Of a DNA stretch of 64,000 nucleotides, positions 50,628 to 61,224 are shown in pieces (position 1 is the first letter of the stretch; every line of letters starts with the position of its first letter). The notes under the pieces are model-generated. The model ran no database searches. It was not told where the DNA came from and worked only from the letters and a program-made list of their open reading frames with translations. The DNA is from an uncultured Planctomycetota bacterium. Its GTDB lineage: Bacteria; Planctomycetota; Phycisphaerae; Tepidisphaerales; Tepidisphaeraceae. The translations under genes and the position numbers were made by a program. The stretch spans positions 288,001 to 352,000 of the forward strand of contig CAWJEN010000005.1 of assembly GCA_963841915.1 (NCBI GenBank). Direction: 5' to 3'.

Positions 50628-53108
50628 ATGCGCACTTTGGCCTTTGCAGCGCTGCTTGCCGTTTCCGTCGTTTCACCGGCCGTCGCGCACGACGCGACCG
50701 GCCGGATGATCTCTCGGCTGCTCCCCGAACCACGACCCGAGGGCCAAGAGCCGCCGGCCTATCTGGACGAGGCCGACATCGCCGCCTTCGACCTCGCGGG
50801 CAGCCGGTACAAGCGCGTCATCTGGAGCAAGCAAGCCGATCCGCTTGTTCGTGCCGAAGCGTTGGCAGCGTTGGGGAATTACGACGCAGCCGTTGCGCTT
50901 CTTGACGATGAAGAGAGCGTTACGTCGCTCGTCCTGCTCGGCAAGATCGAGCGGAATCGGCTGCACTTTGCAGCGTCTGCCGATGCTTTTCAGCGGGCGA
51001 TCGAACAGGACAGTCGCTCGTTTGCCGCGCGCAGCGGGCTGGGTATGACGCTCGAAGCGGCCGGCGACGTCGAGGCGGCTGTCGAGGCTTATCGATGGTT
51101 TGACGACAACGACGTTCTGCGGAACTTCTACGCGAATCAGGAAGCCTACGAAGACGCCGACGAACTCGTCGCCGCGGCGGTTGCAATGGATCGGTTGGCG
51201 ACCATCACCTTTGCCTACCGCGACGTGCCGGACCTGCACGACGACGTGCTCGGCATGCTCGTCTATGCCTACGACACCATCGACCGCGGCAATGCCGACG
51301 CCCGCACGGCCGCGGCGTCTTTCCTGTACAGCCGCAGCGATCTGGCCGCCGCGTTGGAAGAGCTGCAGGTCGCGGCAACGGCACGGCCGTTCGACCACGA
51401 TTCGCTCGCCCTTTTCGGCCGCATCCACCTCGACCGCTACGGCTTCGACAAGGCGGCGGCCGTCATCGACCAGCTTCGCCGCGTCGATCCCGCGTCGCGC
51501 ACAGCCAACCTCCTCGAAGCTCGTTCGCTCCTGCTCCAACGGCAACCCGAGCGAGCCCGGCCGGCCATCGATCGACTGCTGGCTGTCAATCCGAATGACA
51601 TCGAAGCGCTTGGATCACTGGCGGCGGTGCATGCAATGCGGCTGGATTTTGAAGCGTCCGATGCCGTCCTGGCTCAAGTCGAAGCGCTGGATTCCGACGA
51701 CACGCGAGCCCACTTCATCGTCGGTGAGCAACTGGCCATCCGTCGGCAGTACGACCGGGCGGCAGACGTGCTCGGGCTCGTCGTTCAGCGTGCGCCGTGG
51801 TGGACGCAAGGGCGGAACGAGTTGGGGAAGCTGCTCGTGCAGGCCGGTCGAGAGGCCGAAGCCATCGCGCAGCTGACGGCTGCGGCGCAGCTCGATCCGT
51901 TCGATGCCAACATCGCCAACTATCTTGCGCTGCTGAACGAGCTGTCCGCATTCGAGCGACGGGCGACGGAGCATTTTGTCGTCCGCCACGACGCCGATCA
52001 TCCGGCCGACGGTCTCGTCGGTGAGGTCATGGCGGGCTGGCTCGACGGCATGCACGCCGACGTCGCAGGCGAATACGGATGGGAGCCCGACATTCCGACC
52101 GACATCCAGATCTTCCCGACGCACGACCGATTCAGCGTCCGCGTTGCTGGCGATCCGTACGTCGGCACGGTCGGAGCTTGCACCGGTCCCGTCATCGCGC
52201 TCGTCGCACCGGCCGACCGGTCGGAAACGCTCGGCAGCTTCGACTGGGCCCGCGTCATGCGGCACGAATACGTGCACACGATTACGCTCGGTGCGACGGG
52301 TAATCGCGTGTGGCACTGGCTGACCGAAGGTCTTGCCGTCCGCGGCGAACTGAGTCCGCCGTCGCAGGAACAGCTCTCGCTCCTCAGCACTGCGACGTTG
52401 ACCGGCGGCTTGTTCGGCATCGAAGACCTGACGTGGGGCTTCGTCCGGCCGCAGAAGCCGACGGACCGTTCGCAGGCCTATGCACAGTCATGGATGGTGA
52501 CGGAGTACCTGGCCGAGCGGTACGGCGAGCGGGCGCCATACGACGTGCTGGAGGCCAGCGGCCGCGGGCTGACGGAGCGTGAGGCGCTGGCCGAGCTGTA
52601 CGACCTGACGCCCGCCGATTTCGATGCGGCCTTCGCGGTCTGGATGAGCGACAAGGTCGCCGCCTGGGGTCACGACGCGGCGTCGTCGATCAACTACAAG
52701 AAGCACGTCACGGCCGGCGAGGCGGCGGTGCGGCAGCGCGATTGGCCGGCCGCCATCGAGGCCTACGAAGCTGCCCAGCAAGACCGCCCGCTCGATGAGG
52801 GGCCGATGCGTCGATTGGCAGCATTGTACTCGCTGACCGAGCGCAAAGCAGACGCGGCTGAGCTGTTTTGGGAACTGTCGGCGCGCACGACCTCCGACGC
52901 CCGCTTTGCCATGCAGGCGGCGAAGTTGTGGCTGGAACTCGGCGACAAGCGCGCCCTCGATGCCGCAACGCGTGCCATGCACGGCAACACGTACGACCGC
53001 GAAACGCACGAGCTTCTCCTGCAAGCCGCCGAAGCGGTCGGCGACGACGCTCTGGTCGAGAGGCAACAGGCCGTGCTGCGCACGCTCGATGGGCTTGCCG
53101 TCGAGTAA
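50628..53108 (+). CDS. Secreted TPR protein with gluzincin (peptidase MA-like) domain
   Basis: Signal peptide, TPR repeats, RHEYVH...WLTEGLA, AYAQS. Confidence 0.8.
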   Translation: MRTLAFAALLAVSVVSPAVAHDATGRMISRLLPEPRPEGQEPPAYLDEADIAAFDLAGSRYKRVIWSKQADPLVRAEALAALGNYDAAVALLDDEESVTSLVLLGKIERNRLHFAASADAFQRAIEQDSRSFAARSGLGMTLEAAGDVEAAVEAYRWFDDNDVLRNFYANQEAYEDADELVAAAVAMDRLATITFAYRDVPDLHDDVLGMLVYAYDTIDRGNADARTAAASFLYSRSDLAAALEELQVAATARPFDHDSLALFGRIHLDRYGFDKAAAVIDQLRRVDPASRTANLLEARSLLLQRQPERARPAIDRLLAVNPNDIEALGSLAAVHAMRLDFEASDAVLAQVEALDSDDTRAHFIVGEQLAIRRQYDRAADVLGLVVQRAPWWTQGRNELGKLLVQAGREAEAIAQLTAAAQLDPFDANIANYLALLNELSAFERRATEHFVVRHDADHPADGLVGEVMAGWLDGMHADVAGEYGWEPDIPTDIQIFPTHDRFSVRVAGDPYVGTVGACTGPVIALVAPADRSETLGSFDWARVMRHEYVHTITLGATGNRVWHWLTEGLAVRGELSPPSQEQLSLLSTATLTGGLFGIEDLTWGFVRPQKPTDRSQAYAQSWMVTEYLAERYGERAPYDVLEASGRGLTEREALAELYDLTPADFDAAFAVWMSDKVAAWGHDAASSINYKKHVTAGEAAVRQRDWPAAIEAYEAAQQDRPLDEGPMRRLAALYSLTERKADAAELFWELSARTTSDARFAMQAAKLWLELGDKRALDAATRAMHGNTYDRETHELLLQAAEAVGDDALVERQQAVLRTLDGLAVE

Positions 53109-53178
53109 GCAGCAACGGAACCGCGATCCCACGGACCGCGTCTCAACAGAGGATGGGCGATCCGATACAGTCCGCCGC

Positions 53179-54126
53179 ATGTCTGACGCGTCCGAGATCG
53201 GCGGAACCTGCATGCGGTGCGGCTACGACCTGACGGGCCTCGACGACCGGCGGCCCTGTCCAGAGTGCGGCCTGCTCGCGGGTATCAGCCGCAAGAGCGG
53301 CGATGCGTTGCGTGACAATCACCCGCGTTGGCTGGGCCGCCTGACGCTGGGCGTCTGTTGCCTTGCCGTGGCGGTGCTGACGCTGCCGCTCATCGGAGTC
53401 GGCGTCGCGCTGCTCGACCGAGTCATCATGGCCCTCACGATGCAGGCGACAGGCCCTCGATTTTGGGTATTTCGAGCTCCGTCAATTCTTACTCTCGCAA
53501 CACCTGTAGACTGGGTGCTCATCGCGACGGGCTGCCTTCTGGCGCTGCTGCCCGTCTTGCTCTTGCCGATCGGCCTGTTCCTCATCGGCAACCGATCGAG
53601 CTACACGGGCGGGCCGGGTCACCGCTTCCGACACCTCGGCGTGCGACTGCTGCCGATCGTGCCGCTCGTCGCGGTGCTGATGAGCCTCGCGGACACCTTG
53701 GATCTCCTGGACAGCCTGGGCACTGGGGCGGCCCGAATCGCTTCTCAACTCGGCCCCTATGCGGCCATTCTCTCCTTCGCGGCAGTCGGGTGGATCAGCA
53801 TCGTCGTTTCCCTTCGCCTCCGCCGACTCGCCGAACGAGCACCGGCACCGCTACTGGCAGCCGACAGCCCGATCATCGGCGTCGTGGTCGGCGTCATCCT
53901 CATCGTCGGCTCCGCCTTCATGCTGTCGCTCTACAGCGAGCTGTTCCGCGTGCCAGGGCAGGGCCTGCTGATGTCGATTGTCTTCACAACCGTCGTCGTT
54001 TTTGTAAGCGTGCTCATCGCTGCGTTGATCTGGTCGGTCTACCTGCTCATCCGCTACGCCATCGCCTTTGCGTCGACGCGGCGGCAAGCGCTTCAGGCTT
54101 TCGCCGAGGCCGACCGATCGGGTTAG
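53179..54126 (+). CDS. Zinc-ribbon multi-pass membrane protein
   Basis: CMRCGYDLTGL...CPECG followed by about 6 TM segments. Confidence 0.75.
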   Translation: MSDASEIGGTCMRCGYDLTGLDDRRPCPECGLLAGISRKSGDALRDNHPRWLGRLTLGVCCLAVAVLTLPLIGVGVALLDRVIMALTMQATGPRFWVFRAPSILTLATPVDWVLIATGCLLALLPVLLLPIGLFLIGNRSSYTGGPGHRFRHLGVRLLPIVPLVAVLMSLADTLDLLDSLGTGAARIASQLGPYAAILSFAAVGWISIVVSLRLRRLAERAPAPLLAADSPIIGVVVGVILIVGSAFMLSLYSELFRVPGQGLLMSIVFTTVVVFVSVLIAALIWSVYLLIRYAIAFASTRRQALQAFAEADRSG

Positions 54127-54136
54127 ACTCAGGTCC

Positions 54137-55402
54137 ATGAAGATTGCTGTACCCGCTGCACTGCTCCTCGCCACCGTCGCCTCCGCAAACGGGCCGCAGT
54201 CGGTCTACGAGCAGGACCTGCACGGCCTCGACGAGAAGTTCCTCGGCACCCTTGGCGAAGGCGTGCCCGAAGGCATGCGAGTGCGGGCCGGGTATCGCGT
54301 CGATCTCGTTGCCGACGAACTCGGCGAGGCCCGCTTCATGCAGTTCGGCGACGACGGCACGCTCTACCTCAGCCAGCCCGGTGCCGGAAAGATCATGAGC
54401 CTTCACGACGAAGACGGCGACGGGACCTACGAGACCCGCAAGACGTTTCTCGAAGATGCCGACACCAATCCGCACTCGATGGATTGGCACGACGGTCGTC
54501 TCTGGTACACCGCCAGCAACCCCGGTTATCTTAAAACCGCCCGCGACACAGACGGTGACGGCGTGGCAGACGAAGTCAATGTCATCATCGCCGGTGATCA
54601 GGAGAACGGCATTCCCGGTGGTGGCGGACACGCTTATCGCGGCGTCGTCGTCCAGCCCGATCACGGGCGCGTGCTGATCATGGTGACCGACCCGAGCAAC
54701 ATGACCGTCGAGCTCGATTCGGATCGCAAAACTGTCTACGCCTTCGACCTCGACGGCAAGAACCGTCGTGTCTTTGCGACCGGCCTACGCAATACAGAGA
54801 AGCTTCGCCATCGCATCGACGGCGAAGGCAACCTCGTTGACGAGGTCTGGGGAGCCGATCACGGCAGCGACTGGATCGGAAAGCCCTACGGCGAGAGCGC
54901 GGGCAACCAAAACATCACAGACCTCGGCCCGCCCGACGAATTTAACCGCATCGACGAAGGCAGCTTCTACGGCCACCCGTACCTCATGGCCGACCGCCGC
55001 CCGCGGCCTGAGTACACCGAACGCGAGGACCTGCTCGAACTGGCCGCCAAGACCGTTCCGGCCATGTGGTCCTACGGCGCGCACACGGCCAACAACGGCT
55101 TCTGCTTCCTGCCGACTCAGAGCGGCGAACGCTTCGGCGACGACTTCGTCGGTGACGTCTTCCAAGCCCAGCATGGCAGCTGGAACAGCTCAATCCCGGT
55201 TGGCTACGCAGTCGTGCGGCTGATGTTCGACGATGCCACCGGCCGACCTATGGGCGAGCAGAAGATCGTCGACACGCACACTGGCGAGGACGGCCGCGAG
55301 GGGTTCGTCGCGAGGCCGGTCGATTGCGTCGTCGCCCCCGACGGAACAATCCTGTTCTCGAGCAACGCGACCAAGCAGATCTTCCGCATCTCGCCCGAAT
55401 GA
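54137..55402 (+). CDS. Glucose/sorbosone dehydrogenase-family beta-propeller
   Basis: D.DGDG motifs, ATGLRN, FYGHPY, HGSWN, RPVD. Confidence 0.85.
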   Translation: MKIAVPAALLLATVASANGPQSVYEQDLHGLDEKFLGTLGEGVPEGMRVRAGYRVDLVADELGEARFMQFGDDGTLYLSQPGAGKIMSLHDEDGDGTYETRKTFLEDADTNPHSMDWHDGRLWYTASNPGYLKTARDTDGDGVADEVNVIIAGDQENGIPGGGGHAYRGVVVQPDHGRVLIMVTDPSNMTVELDSDRKTVYAFDLDGKNRRVFATGLRNTEKLRHRIDGEGNLVDEVWGADHGSDWIGKPYGESAGNQNITDLGPPDEFNRIDEGSFYGHPYLMADRRPRPEYTEREDLLELAAKTVPAMWSYGAHTANNGFCFLPTQSGERFGDDFVGDVFQAQHGSWNSSIPVGYAVVRLMFDDATGRPMGEQKIVDTHTGEDGREGFVARPVDCVVAPDGTILFSSNATKQIFRISPE

Positions 55403-56445
55403 AGATTGTGGTCCCGGTAATGGCCGGTATCGGCAACGCGGTCATGACCGTGCCGATGGTCAGGCGACTGGCGGCGGCGGGTGATGATGTCGTCGTCGAA
55501 GCCGGCTCGGCCGCGATAGCTGACGTTTTTCAGCGGCTTGATGAAGTCACGCAAGTCCTCACGCTCCCGAAAGACGCTGCCAAGCGCCTTGAGGTGCACC
55601 GCAGCTTGTCCGGCGACGTCTACGTCGTGCCGTTCCCGAGCAACCGCTGGCAGTACACGCTGCTGGCGGCAACGGCACGCTGCGAGCGTGTTGTGATGCA
55701 CAGCTACCCCTGCGGGCGATGGCGGACCGGCCGGGCGATGTTGAGGCGGGCTGACTTCGTCCCGGCGCTTCGCGGCATCCACGATGTGCACCAGAATCTT
55801 CGTCTCACCGCTCAGGTCAGCGCGCCGCTGCACTGGGACGATGCGGCCGATCATGCGGCAGACACGCCGATCTTCCGCGAGACCGAGGGCGTCGACACAT
55901 TGCCTGGTAACACCATCGTGGTGCAGGCCGGATGCGGAAACACCACCGTCGGCCGCGTTAAGCGACTTCCCGACGACACGTGGTGCAGCATTATTGCAGG
56001 ACTTCAGAAGCGAGGCTTGAACGTCTGCGTCGTCGAAGGACCCGACGAGCAAGGCGTTGGCGAGCGAATAGCTTCAGGCTGCTCGACGCCCCCGGCCGTG
56101 TGGCCATTGCTGGGCACGCTCGGCGAGTCGGCTGCGTTGTTGAAGCAGGCGATGATGTTCATCGGAACCGACTCCGGCCTCGCCCATGTCGCCGCAGCTG
56201 TGGGCAGGCCGGCAGTGACTGTGTTCGCCGCTGCCGATCCCGATCGTGTCTGCCCTTTCGGATGCCGTGACCTCGTCGTCACGCCTCCACCTGTCGACGG
56301 CAAAACGTGGTCGCCACGTCTGCTGTACCCGATGGATTACCCGGCGCCAAAGCTGCGGCAGGACGGCATCGACTGGGCAAAGCACATTCGCTCGCAAGAC
56401 GTCCTTGCGAAAGTTGACGTAGCGATGAAGCGGTCAGCGTCCTGA
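55399..56445 (+). CDS. Glycosyltransferase family 9 (heptosyltransferase-like)
   Basis: GIGNAVM..P, GTDSGLAHVAAAVG.P.V.VF. Confidence 0.88.
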   Translation: MKIVVPVMAGIGNAVMTVPMVRRLAAAGDDVVVEAGSAAIADVFQRLDEVTQVLTLPKDAAKRLEVHRSLSGDVYVVPFPSNRWQYTLLAATARCERVVMHSYPCGRWRTGRAMLRRADFVPALRGIHDVHQNLRLTAQVSAPLHWDDAADHAADTPIFRETEGVDTLPGNTIVVQAGCGNTTVGRVKRLPDDTWCSIIAGLQKRGLNVCVVEGPDEQGVGERIASGCSTPPAVWPLLGTLGESAALLKQAMMFIGTDSGLAHVAAAVGRPAVTVFAAADPDRVCPFGCRDLVVTPPPVDGKTWSPRLLYPMDYPAPKLRQDGIDWAKHIRSQDVLAKVDVAMKRSAS

Positions 56446-56484
56446 AGACTGTGTCGCTTCCGCCGCAACCGGACGCGAGCCAGT

Positions 56485-57528
<1,044 letters not shown>

Positions 57529-57749
57529 CCGTCACGGTACGCGGCTCGTGAAGACAACCAAGATCAGCCTGCGAAGATCGCCTCGTGCCTTTGGCCTGTT
57601 GCGGCGACGCGCCCGCCCGATAGTGGTAGAAACCCGCCTACAACAGCGAAATCCTGTCCGGCTGGTGCGGGAACTTCGCAAGGGATTGAAAAATGTTCCT
57701 TGTTGTGACGTCCCACATTTGCGGGGTGTAAGCTGTGGTCCCCCCACCC

Positions 57750-57789
57750 GGCCGGGTCTTTGCATTCGTGCGAAGGCCCGGTCTTTTTT
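57750..57789 (+). terminator. Plus-strand intrinsic terminator
   Basis: GGCCGGGTCTTTGCA-TTCG-TGCGAAGGCCCGGTC followed by T6. Confidence 0.75.
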
Positions 57790-57794
57790 GGGGC

Positions 57795-58619
57795 TTAGTC
57801 CGGAGCTTCGAGCTCCGTCCTAATCCGAGCGATCCTGTCATGCTCGTCCACCGGATTTTCGGCCAGCATGGACGTCGGTCCCATGTCGATCCAGTAGACC
57901 TTTGTCACCTGGTCGCCGGTCGGACGGACCTCAACGATCGTGCCCCTCATATTATGAATCACCTTTTCGCCCTCCACTTTCTGGACCGTGGCGAATTCCT
58001 TCAGCTCGACCTCATGAGTCGGCCTTACGAAGTACGACCGGCCGGCGTGCGTCTGAGCCAGCGGTGTCCACCTACCCGGCTGGACGGTCAATGTGATGTC
58101 GGTCGAGAAGTACGGTGCCACGCCAGACTGAGCGTCCTCATCCTCAGCATCCGTCCGGCCGAGCCCACCGAGAAGAAGCAACGCGACAAGCGTCAACGAC
58201 GCCATTCCACCCCCCACTGCCGCGGCCCCGCGAACGCTTGACACCCGCTGCACTTGCGCCGCCAGCCACTTCGACAATCCGGGGCCAGAGATGTTCGTGA
58301 CGTACAGATGTTCGACCGACATGTGCGACGCTGTCGACTCTAATGCACCTTTGACTTCTGCACCGTTTGACACGGTGCGAGACGAAGATCGCGGCGTGAT
58401 ATATAAGGCCATCAGCTCACCTCTCGAGCCGACACCGTGGAGCTTGTACACCTCCTTGATGTGGTCATTGGCCGTGTAGTAGCTGATGTTTAGAGCTTTG
58501 GCCGCCTCACGGCGACTGTCGCCAAGCAGAAGGCGGTCCAGCACCTCCTCCTGGCGAGGCGTCATTTGAGGTGCCTCCTCACCGTCTAGCTGCACTGAAC
58601 CGTTCTTCTGGCTACTCAT
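57795..58619 (-). CDS. LuxR-type HTH protein with TM helix and C-terminal extracytoplasmic domain
   Basis: TPRQEEVL..L..G....AA..LNIS..T...H...VY...GV.SR; LTLVALLLLGG. Confidence 0.78.
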   Translation of the reverse strand: MSSQKNGSVQLDGEEAPQMTPRQEEVLDRLLLGDSRREAAKALNISYYTANDHIKEVYKLHGVGSRGELMALYITPRSSSRTVSNGAEVKGALESTASHMSVEHLYVTNISGPGLSKWLAAQVQRVSSVRGAAAVGGGMASLTLVALLLLGGLGRTDAEDEDAQSGVAPYFSTDITLTVQPGRWTPLAQTHAGRSYFVRPTHEVELKEFATVQKVEGEKVIHNMRGTIVEVRPTGDQVTKVYWIDMGPTSMLAENPVDEHDRIARIRTELEAPD

Positions 58620-58674
58620 AGATGCATCAAATTGCAGCGATGATTCTTCGATGCAAGCGTTCGACAGGCGGCTT

Positions 58675-59601
58675 CTAAAACGCCGGGAACTTAATCTTGA
58701 GCATTTCTCTTCTGAACTCGGAATCGTAAAGTTCGTCGTTCTGCAGCCGCCCCTTCTTTAGTGCCACGACGCCTCCGTCGGCACGGGCGACATTACACCG
58801 GCCGTTTCGAAACCGGGCGGGCATGAGCAGGGCTAGGTCCGTTTGAGCCGTCAGCGGCGTTGCAAAGTCCCGGTCGTTGCTCCTGCCCCAAATCTCATCG
58901 TCAAAAATTCGGATCGAGAGCCTCGACGCCAGGAGAGGATCAGCGGCGACAGGATCATCCCTGTCGCGATCCCGATACCGAGCATGCACCGTGTTTCGCC
59001 CGGAGTACGCGCCGAAGGCCAAGCCATCATCAACGCCGGACAAGCTGACCGCCGTCGCCATGGAAGCCCCGAGTTCAAGCTTTTCGTTCGCATACGAGGC
59101 ACTCGACCAGAACAACGCATTGTCCGGGTAAAGTCGCGTAAACTTTGCTGGTATCTTCTCGACCTCACGGTGCTGCGTGTTCCGGACTTTGAAGAGTAGC
59201 GGCGCGGGCATGGCAATCGGGTTGGCCCCGTAGCCGGGCGTGCTGGCGTCGTCACTGCCAGGTGCGCGAAACAAGTCATTTGTCCCGTTGTCATTCCCTT
59301 GCCACCGCGCGAGAAGGTCTGCCCAACTGCCGGCGATGACATCGAGGTACAGAAACTCGTCGGTCATGCGACCATTGGCATCGAGAGCGACAAGACCAAA
59401 GGGGAGCGAGTTGCGGTTCTCACTTGCATAACCGGCAGCAGTTGCATTGATCTGCCGAAGGTTGAAGGCATCGGCGGTGGCACGCGCAGCAGCTATTGCT
59501 CGCGAGAGCGTCGGCAACAGAATCCCGACCAGCAACGCGATCATGCCGACGACCACGAGGAGCTCGACGAGCGTGAACGCTCGAGGGGTGTGACGACGCA
59601 T
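58675..59601 (-). CDS. Prepilin-type N-terminal cleavage/methylation protein (planctomycete DUF1559-like)
   Basis: RAFTLVELLVVVGMIALLVGILLP.L..A, NLRQI, NVARADG. Confidence 0.85.
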   Translation of the reverse strand: MRRHTPRAFTLVELLVVVGMIALLVGILLPTLSRAIAAARATADAFNLRQINATAAGYASENRNSLPFGLVALDANGRMTDEFLYLDVIAGSWADLLARWQGNDNGTNDLFRAPGSDDASTPGYGANPIAMPAPLLFKVRNTQHREVEKIPAKFTRLYPDNALFWSSASYANEKLELGASMATAVSLSGVDDGLAFGAYSGRNTVHARYRDRDRDDPVAADPLLASRLSIRIFDDEIWGRSNDRDFATPLTAQTDLALLMPARFRNGRCNVARADGGVVALKKGRLQNDELYDSEFRREMLKIKFPAF

Positions 59602-59603
59602 GC

Positions 59604-60148
59604 TCAGATTCTGCGGCGACGAAGGAGCAACCCGCCAGCGACGGCCGCTGCGGTGGCCGTTGCTGGTTCGGGAACGATGCCGACCTGTGCTTGGCCCGGG
59701 CCGCTGATCGAGCCGTCGTAGGTGCCGTTGTCGATAGGTGTCACCCCTGCCTGCACCAGCACGTACTGCGTGTCCGCCGCAAGCATGACGTCGGTCTGAC
59801 TGGGCCCAATGACGCTGTCGTTTGTCACGCCCGTGTACGCGATGAGGCCGCTGTCGGGCATTACCGCGTCGGATACCTCCTCGTAGAGGGCAACGCGCCG
59901 TCCCAAGGAAAGCTGGCCGAAGGAACGTCTGTGACAGTCAGTACATTGTACACCCCATCGACATTCACGAAGAATGGCTGCACGTCGTAGCCGACATCTT
60001 GATTGCTCGGCCCAACGTCAAAGCCGGTGACGAATGGTCGATCAAAAGTTGGCCCGAACGCTGAAACGCTGCCGCTGAACTCCAGCACTCCTGCAATGGA
60101 AGTGGCCGCGGTGGCGAGAATGATGGCTGAGATGAGGGTGGGCTTCCA
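59604..60148 (-). pseudogene. Frameshifted PEP-CTERM gene (or sequencing error)
   Basis: Signal peptide KPTLISAIILA..SFPWDG in one frame; ALYEE...VPEP..RRRR in another; shift near 59890-59898. Confidence 0.75.
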
Positions 60149-60226
60149 GGGATGAATTATGCAATGGTCGAAGAGGTGGCAGAGACCATAACGATTCACC
60201 TCTACGAATGCCAGTGTGATTCAGCC

Positions 60227-61192
60227 TTATGGCCTTGACTCGTCGGTTACATCTTTCACGGTCACTGCCGGGTGCAGCGTTTCATGCACGCGTTCGCCGA
60301 ACAGCGTCCCGTGGACGGGGCTCGTGTCACGCCAGAATCGCCCCACTGCCAGCCGCACGTGATCGAGTCGCGGCAGGACGCCGTTGGTCGGGTCGAAGCT
60401 CTTCCAGCCGACGTTGGGCAGATACAACTGGACCCAGGCGTGCGTTGCGTCACTAGGCGCACGACTGGCCGCTGCCCCAGTTGCCAAGCCTGCCTGCTCG
60501 CTGTTGCCGGTGTACAAGTAGCCACACACGTACCGGGCTGGCACCCGGATCAGACGGGCGAGGCTGATGAACAACCCTGCAAAGTCCTGACAGACGCCTC
60601 GCTTACTTTCAAACACCTCGTACGGCGTTGTCGCGTTGCTCGTCGAACCGGTGACGTACTCAAAGTCGTTGAAGATCGCCAGATTTATGGCGAACAGCGC
60701 CTCGACAAGATCAGCCTTGGCGTTGCTTACAAAGCTCATCGCGTACTCGAAAAGCTCCTCAATCTGTGTGTCGGGCAGCTCTAGGCTTTGCAGGTAAGAC
60801 GACAATGCCAACCGCTCACGCGGCATCCAGTTCAACGGCACCGTCGGCCGCTTTGGGACGAGCTGCATCTCGAACGGGTCGTAATCCGGCAGCGAGACTC
60901 GGCTGGCCGAGGCGATCTCGAGCTTTTGGTATGGCCCCTCGACCTCGAACCGCAAAGCGTTGTTGCCAAACGCATCCTCGTACTCGATGACGTCAATCGT
61001 TCGAGCGTCGTCTGCCGTCACCGTGAGGCGGTGGGCAAGTAGCGTCTGGAACCGATCATGGATTGGACGGAGGTGGCCTTGGTGAACGCTTCGCTCGACT
61101 GGCTTGTCGTACTCGTAGGTGGTGGCGTGCGTGACGGAGAGGACGCGGTCTTGTTGCATGGGTGGGACCGCGGAGTATGGCACCGTCGCCAC
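60227..61192 (-). CDS. Transglutaminase-like protein
   Basis: HATTYEY, DAFGN, GVCQDF, HAWVQ, FDPTN, GR..RD..P. Confidence 0.92.
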   Translation of the reverse strand: MATVPYSAVPPMQQDRVLSVTHATTYEYDKPVERSVHQGHLRPIHDRFQTLLAHRLTVTADDARTIDVIEYEDAFGNNALRFEVEGPYQKLEIASASRVSLPDYDPFEMQLVPKRPTVPLNWMPRERLALSSYLQSLELPDTQIEELFEYAMSFVSNAKADLVEALFAINLAIFNDFEYVTGSTSNATTPYEVFESKRGVCQDFAGLFISLARLIRVPARYVCGYLYTGNSEQAGLATGAAASRAPSDATHAWVQLYLPNVGWKSFDPTNGVLPRLDHVRLAVGRFWRDTSPVHGTLFGERVHETLHPAVTVKDVTDESRP

Positions 61193-61224
61193 CTGGTGCG
61201 AAGCAGCAAAACAATCGATTCACC

